DNA from: Chromera velia
Taxonomy: Eukaryota
Direction: 5' to 3'
DNA: 55,675 nucleotides
NCBI GenBank assembly: GCA_018398765.1
Contig: JAHBMJ010000126.1
Location: forward strand, 1 to 55,675
The position numbers were made by a program, and so were the translations under genes. Positions within the stretch are counted from its first letter, which is position 1, and every line of letters starts with the position of its first letter. Under the pieces are notes generated by a model that worked only from the letters and a program-made list of their open reading frames with translations, was not told the DNA's origin and searched no databases. Of the stretch, positions 49,332 through 55,675 are shown piece after piece.

Positions 49332-52285
49332 ACAAAAGAAAGAAAAAAAGAAAAAAAGAAAGAAAAAAAGAAAAAAAGAAAGAAAGAAAGGAGGAAACAC
49401 AGAACAGATAAAGATGATAGAAGACGATAGAAGAGGTGACGGGAGAAAAGACAGAAGAGCGAAAAAGCGAAATGAGGACGGTTATCAGGATAGCAATTTT
49501 TTAAAGGCAGTCCTTGGACAGGGCGGCCGAGTCAGAACTTTTTAGTAAACATACGCAAACAGAAAGATCAAAATTCGGGAGGTAGTCAGGCAGACAGAAT
49601 GGGTATCTGGGATGATGAGAAAGCAGTCAAACAGGCAGAGAGGCAGAACTTTGAGCACACCTAGAAAAGAAGACCAAATTAGGAATACGGTCCGGCACAC
49701 AGGCGGCATACCTTGCATGATAGCCAACAGGCAGGTAGGCTGGAACACGTTCAGTCGTGCCGGAAGGAAATGTTAACTTTTGAAGACGGAAGCAGAATCG
49801 GATTGCGACCTCTGAATCTCACAGTTTGTTTATGAAGTGGCATGTAGAGATGTGTACAGCTGAGAGGTCGGATAAGTCTTAGAGGTCGGAATTAAGAGAA
49901 ATCGTATGAGAGCGGCAAGATAAGAGAAGTGACATACAAGTGAAGAGATGAGATGTAAGCAAACAGGGTCATTGCGAGAGTAGCCTATATGTCTGTTTGT
50001 CTGTCTGCCTGCCTACCTGCCTATACCTACGTCTTTACATGTCTCTCTGCCTTTCTGCTATTCTGCCAGTATCATCCTCTCATTTTGCCGGTCTGACTAT
50101 TCTGCCCTTTGGGATATCTGCCTGTCTGCCCGCCTGTTTACCTGCCTGCATGCCCACTTGTTTGCGCTGGGTGATAGCTGGGGCATAAGAGCAATGAAAT
50201 GATCGCTGTGGGCAGGAAAAAGCGAGAACCAAACATGAAAGAGAATAAAGTGGGAAGAGGTCATGCATTGAAATCAGAACACTGATTTGAGCAGACGTTG
50301 AGATGAGGGGAAAGTTAGCTGTGGGCACTGAAATTTAATGAGAGCTGACATGAGCGCGAAAGGCTCGGCGAAGAGGCAACGTAAATGACAGTGGGAGAGA
50401 TGTGATGTACGAAGGTGTAATGAGAACAGTGAAACAAAACAAGCAGGGTAGTGGATTGTTATGTGAAAGCACGCGGTGAAATGTCAGATCGAGCGGTGAT
50501 AAGATGAATAGAGATTGATACGTATATACATGTGGAGTGATCGAATACGAGCAGCAGACCTACATGAATGAACATATCAGTGTAGTGAGCTAGTACAAAT
50601 ACATAATTGTAGGTAGTCGGAGAGCTGTACAATGTATGCAGACAACGAGGATTGATCGTGCAATGACAGAAGCAGGCAGGAAAAAGAGAATTTTGTTACA
50701 GAATGGAGTGCAGTGGGATAAAGCAAACGAATGGGAGGCATTGAAAGGATGCAGTGAGATGAAAGCAATTTAAAAATGAGGCCAGTATGAGCAGTAAGTT
50801 GCAGACATGGTTCTGGTGGTCGTGGATTTTATATGATTCCAGATCTTTGCAGCAACAAATGAAGTACATGGCTGACAAAACGGCTATAGCTATTTAATCG
50901 GTTTTCATGCCTGGGAGGGCAACTCAGTAGCCCTGGCTTGAGCCTTGAGGCCCTGCATGAAATCGTGCATCAACATTGATATACCTCGAGTTATGCGTGC
51001 ACAGATAATGGGAACCACCATAATCTCCGAGGCACTAACCCAATTAAGGGTGAGTGTGATTCGTAACTTTTACAATTTTTCATGCATACGCGGGATTATA
51101 ACATACATACAGTTAGATTTCTAATACACGCAGAGACCCATAGCCTTTTTGCCCGCGTGGTGGGGGGGACTCCGGACCCCCGGCTCATATATAGGAATTT
51201 CCACAGAAATGGCCAAAACGGTTTCGTCCATACTGCACGATCCACGAGAAGTTACAACTTGCGGTACTACCATTGTATTTCTGTCACTGAGATGAACAAA
51301 TTTTTCTAAGTAACTGAGAGAAACTGGTGCATCACGTTGTGGGGGGGGTGGTTTTTATCTTGGTTGACGGGGTGCTTCCCTGGAGGTAGCACGCCAGTGT
51401 TATCCGCACCTCACCTAACGGCTCGAAGGAGCAGGGTACCAAACATGCATGCATATACCAATTAAGAACCTCCTGAAAAATTTGGATCTTTACCCTAATA
51501 GGGTCCGCGGGGGATCGGGCTCTCCCCCCGTTAATGTTTTTTTTTATATTTTGTTAGATTTTTATATGAATTTTACGGTTAGATTGTCTTTTTCGTACCT
51601 TCCATGCTCTGCATGGGCTCTTCGGCGTATACATGCAGATATGCATGCAGATAAGTACATACGTCGGATCCTATTGGGGTAATAAACCAAAAATTTTGGT
51701 GCCTGCGGCGCAAATTGCTCGTTTTATGAGTATATATTGGCAGGGGGGGCCGGGGGGGGGGCAGGGTGCGCCGCCGCGGAGGGGCTTGAATGAGTCCGCG
51801 GCGCAGCCGCGGACCAAATTGAAGAGCCCCGCGGCGCAGCGGCGGGGCTCAAAGAGCATGCATGGCGGCTTTATACAGGCATGCATATTGCATGGTGATG
51901 ACAAGCTAGTGCATATAATCGGGCCGCGGGGTCCGCGACCCCTGCACCGCGGCGCACGGCCCGCGGGGTGCATGCAACTGCTTTTTTGTGGCGAACGATG
52001 CATGGCGAACAACAGTTCAGGAAAGTTCAGGAACATCAATGATTCTCGACGTCTACGTACTTCAATGATCATCTTTAATCATCGATCTTCAATTTGTCTT
52101 CAGAGAGGCGGACCTCGTCGCGGTTTGTGGTTATTGCACTATACTTCTAATCTCGGTGAAGCTGGGTGAAATTTCATTCAGCAACACCCAACCCTGACTA
52201 CTAATCCACATCGGGGGGTTCGATTGTCTCGTTTCAGGTGGACCCTTCTCTGAGTTGAAGACGCACTCAGACAGCAGCAGTGAAT

Positions 52286-53554
52286 ATGTCCGATCTTGAA
52301 GAATTGGGCCGGGCCTTCCCCCGAGCCTCGAAGATGAAAATTGAAATAGAGAGCATGTTTGAGAGCTACGAACTGGGGAAAGATAAGAGTGTCGCCCTTG
52401 AGCAAAGATTAGGGGCGATGGTGAGTGACTTCACGCGTCTGGTGGTGCAGATGGAGGAGTGGATGGTTGGAGTATCTGACCGAAGTCAGAAAGACGTGTG
52501 GAAACGGTCAGTCCACGTGCAGCTATGCTTCTTGCTACTGGATATCAATGAGTGGAGCTGTTTGTGTGTGTGCATTAACGTGTGTGTGTTTCTGTGTGTG
52601 CAGTCGGGTAGGGAAGTTGACAACAGACGCGGAGGCCTACAGAGACTCTCTCGAGCGGCAGATGGGGCACGTGCACAGATCCAGGATTGAACTTGACAAA
52701 CGGAAAAGACTTCTAGGGGACACAAAAGGAAGGGTGAGTTAGGGTGAGGAGGGACTGTCCGAATTCGGTTGGGTGCACCCACAACAAAAAGGACGGGGGT
52801 GCGCGAATCTGCAAAAATAAAGGACATGTATCTGTCTCTGACCTTTTCCTGAGCAGTGAGCTCCAGTATTTGTGTTTGCGCAGTAATCCGTCTGCCATGA
52901 TCCCGTCTACGCGTTTGACTGAAAGGGCAGGCCTTTCCGCAATTCCAATGTGCCGTCCTTGCTTCCTTGCTTTCTTCCCTCCTCCCGTCTACCTGCCTTC
53001 CTTCGTGTGCACATCTTCCAAATGCTCCCTCAACTTTTCAAATTCAACTCAACCCGTCCACCAGCCCGTCTACCTTCTTTCAATGGTGTTTTTCTTTTTC
53101 CTCTTTGGAATATAGAACTCACTCGGATTATTACTTCATTTCCTGAGATACGGAGAGAATTGTAACAGCAGAGTTCGACCTTTTGCCTCTGTGTCTGCAT
53201 GGACACCCACGTGTCTGACTGTCGGTCCGTCTCAATGTGACAAAAAGAAGACGAAAAGAGCAAAAGAGACTGCCGCCTGCCTATCTGTTCTGTCCGCGTC
53301 TGTTTGTCTTCATGCATTTTCGCCGTCTCTTCGGTCGGCCGGCTCGTCTTGTTGTCTGTCTGCGTCTCTGTGTCTGTCTTTGCCTGGTGTCGCAATATCT
53401 GCCTATGTCTGTCATTCTGTCCGTCAGTTCACTGTATTGTGTACCCCCGCGTTTTTCTCTCCCTGCCGGCCTGACTTTGCCTCGGCTCCTCTCTCCCTCT
53501 CTCTCTTCTTCTCCCTCCCTTGCTCCCTCCCTCCGTCCCTCCCCCCCTCCCTCC

Positions 53555-53589
<35 letters not shown>

Positions 53590-53648
53590 TTTTTTCTTTC
53601 TTTCTTTTCTTTCTTTCTTTCTTTCTTTCTTTCTTTCGTTCGTTCTTT

Positions 53649-53692
<44 letters not shown>

Positions 53693-53784
53693 CCTCTCTT
53701 TCTTTCTCTGTGCGTGTGTGTCTGTGTGTCTATGTGTCTGTCTGTGTCTGTGTCTGTCTCTGTCTCTGTTTCTCTCTCTCTCTT

Positions 53785-53821
<37 letters not shown>

Positions 53822-54616
53822 AAATGTGTCTATGGATGTGTTGTGTGTGTGTGTGTGTGTAAATGTGTCTATGGATGTGTGCATGTGTGTATGTGTGCAT
53901 GCGTATGTCTTTCGCTATCGTTCGCCCCCCGTCTCACTCAGTGTGCTCTCCCCTTCCTTTCGTCTTCTCTTCCAATTTGACCTCGTTCGTGCAGGGTAAG
54001 ATCGACAATTTGTTGAAGGAGAAGGAGAAGATCCACGAAGCCCACAACATGATTGACCAGATGATCGAGCAGGGCAGGGGGATCGTGGGGATGATGAGCC
54101 AACAGAACTCTATCTTGAGGGTCGGTCGGTCATTCCGTCGGTCTGACAGCTAGATAGGCAACCTGCAGGTACAATGAAGGGAGAATCCAGGTACGTGCTT
54201 GGACTTGTGCCCTCAGGCTTCTGTTGAAGGGTGGCGATGCAGGACCAGACAATGAGAGGGCCTCTCTGCTGCACATTTTATGCTTGTGGCTGTTGGAATA
54301 AGAGGGGGGGGGAGGGACGGAAAGTAAAGGAGACCGCCGGCTTGAAAGGAAAAAAAGACTTCTAGTTCTGTGTGTTCTCAAATATACCCATTTGCCTTTT
54401 TTTTGTCAATGCATGGAACTAAAGCTTTCGATTTGCTCATCTGCGCTGCAGAACGCACGGAGACGTGTATACGACATCGCGAGTGGTGTCGGTCTGTCCT
54501 CATCCCTTGTGGGGGTTCTGGACAGGATGCACGTGAGGGACAAGATGCTTGTCTACGGCTGCATGATTCTCACGCTCATCGTCTTTTATGGGGCATATCG
54601 GTTTGCAAAGGGGTGA
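52286..54616 (+). CDS. GOSR2: Golgi Qb-SNARE membrin/GOSR2/Bos1; exons 52286-52506, 52604-52733, 53995-54120, 54452-54616
   Basis: Helical N-terminal domain, KRKRLLG, SNARE helix EKEKIHEAHNMIDQMIEQGRGIVGMMSQQNSILRNARRRVYDIASGVGLSSS..RDKMLVYG and a C-terminal TM anchor. Phases consistent. Confidence 0.87.
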
Positions 54617-55069
54617 TTGAGGCGTGATTCAAATGTATGATGCTGCTTTACACGCGTGTGTATTAATGATTGTTGATTAACACCGTTTCCAGTACAGTTC
54701 GTATTCTCTCTATCCAGCTCTCTATATCGATCATTTAATCTAGCATTTAATCCAGCTATAAAAAATTGTTTGAAAATTAATATATTGTGATCGACTGATT
54801 ATAGAGGTGTTTGATTAACTTGAATGTGGAAGCGAGTCGCCCGGCGATACTGGGCGACCTCTAATAGGACTTCTATAAGACAAAAAGGTGACAGTGCTCA
54901 AAAGCACCATACACTAAATCATGTAACATTATCACCATCACTATATATACGTCATTACTTAATATCGTATATTGACATGTAGGCTGACACTTTCTAGGAC
55001 ACTTTAATTCAAATTCTGAGTTTGAACTTGAATACTAGAATTTCTTAGAGAATTTAAAAGTCTCGTCAC

Positions 55070-55178
55070 GGGGGGGCATTGACTTAAAGTTTATTCCTAG
55101 CATCTGGCCTATACGTCTTTCGTCTCTTACTTCTATCCTGGTTACTGCTCTCGCTGCTAGCTCTCTATCTCATGCGAC
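55070..55178. mobile_element. Short interspersed insertion, copy 2, with an 8-bp target-site duplication
   Basis: Homologous to 1430-1545. ctcgtcac at 55062-55069 and 55179-55186. Confidence 0.7.
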
Positions 55179-55675
55179 CTCGTCACTAGCTAGTCTAGTC
55201 AAAAGTTTAAAGAATGATTAATTAGTTAATTTGTTGGTGGAATTTACCGTGAAATTTACTTAAGTAAGTTGTTAAACTTGATTGACACTTCAAAAATGAA
55301 AAATTCTAAATTCTTTTACTATATGGAATGTAAAATTCAATTCTCTGTGGAATTTATACCTCAGTCGGTTCCAACTTTTGAAGGTAAATTTTATTTCAAT
55401 CTTTTAAATTTCAGTGTACTATCTACTCAATTTTATAAGTATAAATTCGATTCAATTTCACTAAATTCCCTTAGAAATTACAATGTCTGTTTAAGAGTAA
55501 CAAATGTTTCTCAGTCAACAATTTTAGTTACTGACTTTTCAGTAACTCTGTACCAGTAACTTCAGCCTTTTAAAGTTCTTCTACTTCTTTCTAGTTACAG
55601 CAGAAAGAGCTAGCACTCTAGACATGATCGACATGAAGATCTACTTCTTACGCGAAACCTCTGGCAGTTGCCCAG

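Noticed and set aside
51140..51530. Weak inverted similarity between two GC-rich patches
   Set aside because: Too short and degenerate, with no TSD, to call an element.
53191..53999. Long low-complexity ORFs (also at 35050-36037, 36483-37044 and 18900-19911)
   Set aside because: Translations of intronic (CT)n, (GT)n and (CTTT)n tracts.

Overview
Eukaryotic, intron-rich nuclear DNA with microsatellite-filled introns, GT(C/G/A)(A/G)GT donors, YAG acceptors and two N gaps. A signal-peptide/Phe/transit-peptide leader and frequent TGCATGCA motifs suggest an alveolate with a secondary plastid (Chromera-like; inference only). Genes I could splice by hand: the last exon of a GINS subunit (Psf1-like), a broken PPR gene, a Cys/His-repeat protein, a CXIP4-like zinc-knuckle gene head-to-head with a 14-exon MPP10, a Crinkler/RHS-type NTPase plus PD-(D/E)xK nuclease gene, an unknown multi-exon gene upstream of it, a plastid-targeted cupin_3, and a membrin/GOSR2 SNARE. 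Mobile DNA: a full-length degenerate Ty3/Gypsy chromovirus (41994-48886), three TIR elements, and two copies of a short element with variable TSDs and a fixed G7/C7 end. Most unusual: all four LTR ends are CG instead of TG...CA; all ~44 substitutions I counted between duplicated copies in and around the retrotransposon are transitions (RIP-like); and pol carries a duplication bracketing an inverted copy of flanking host DNA. All counts and exon coordinates are manual.
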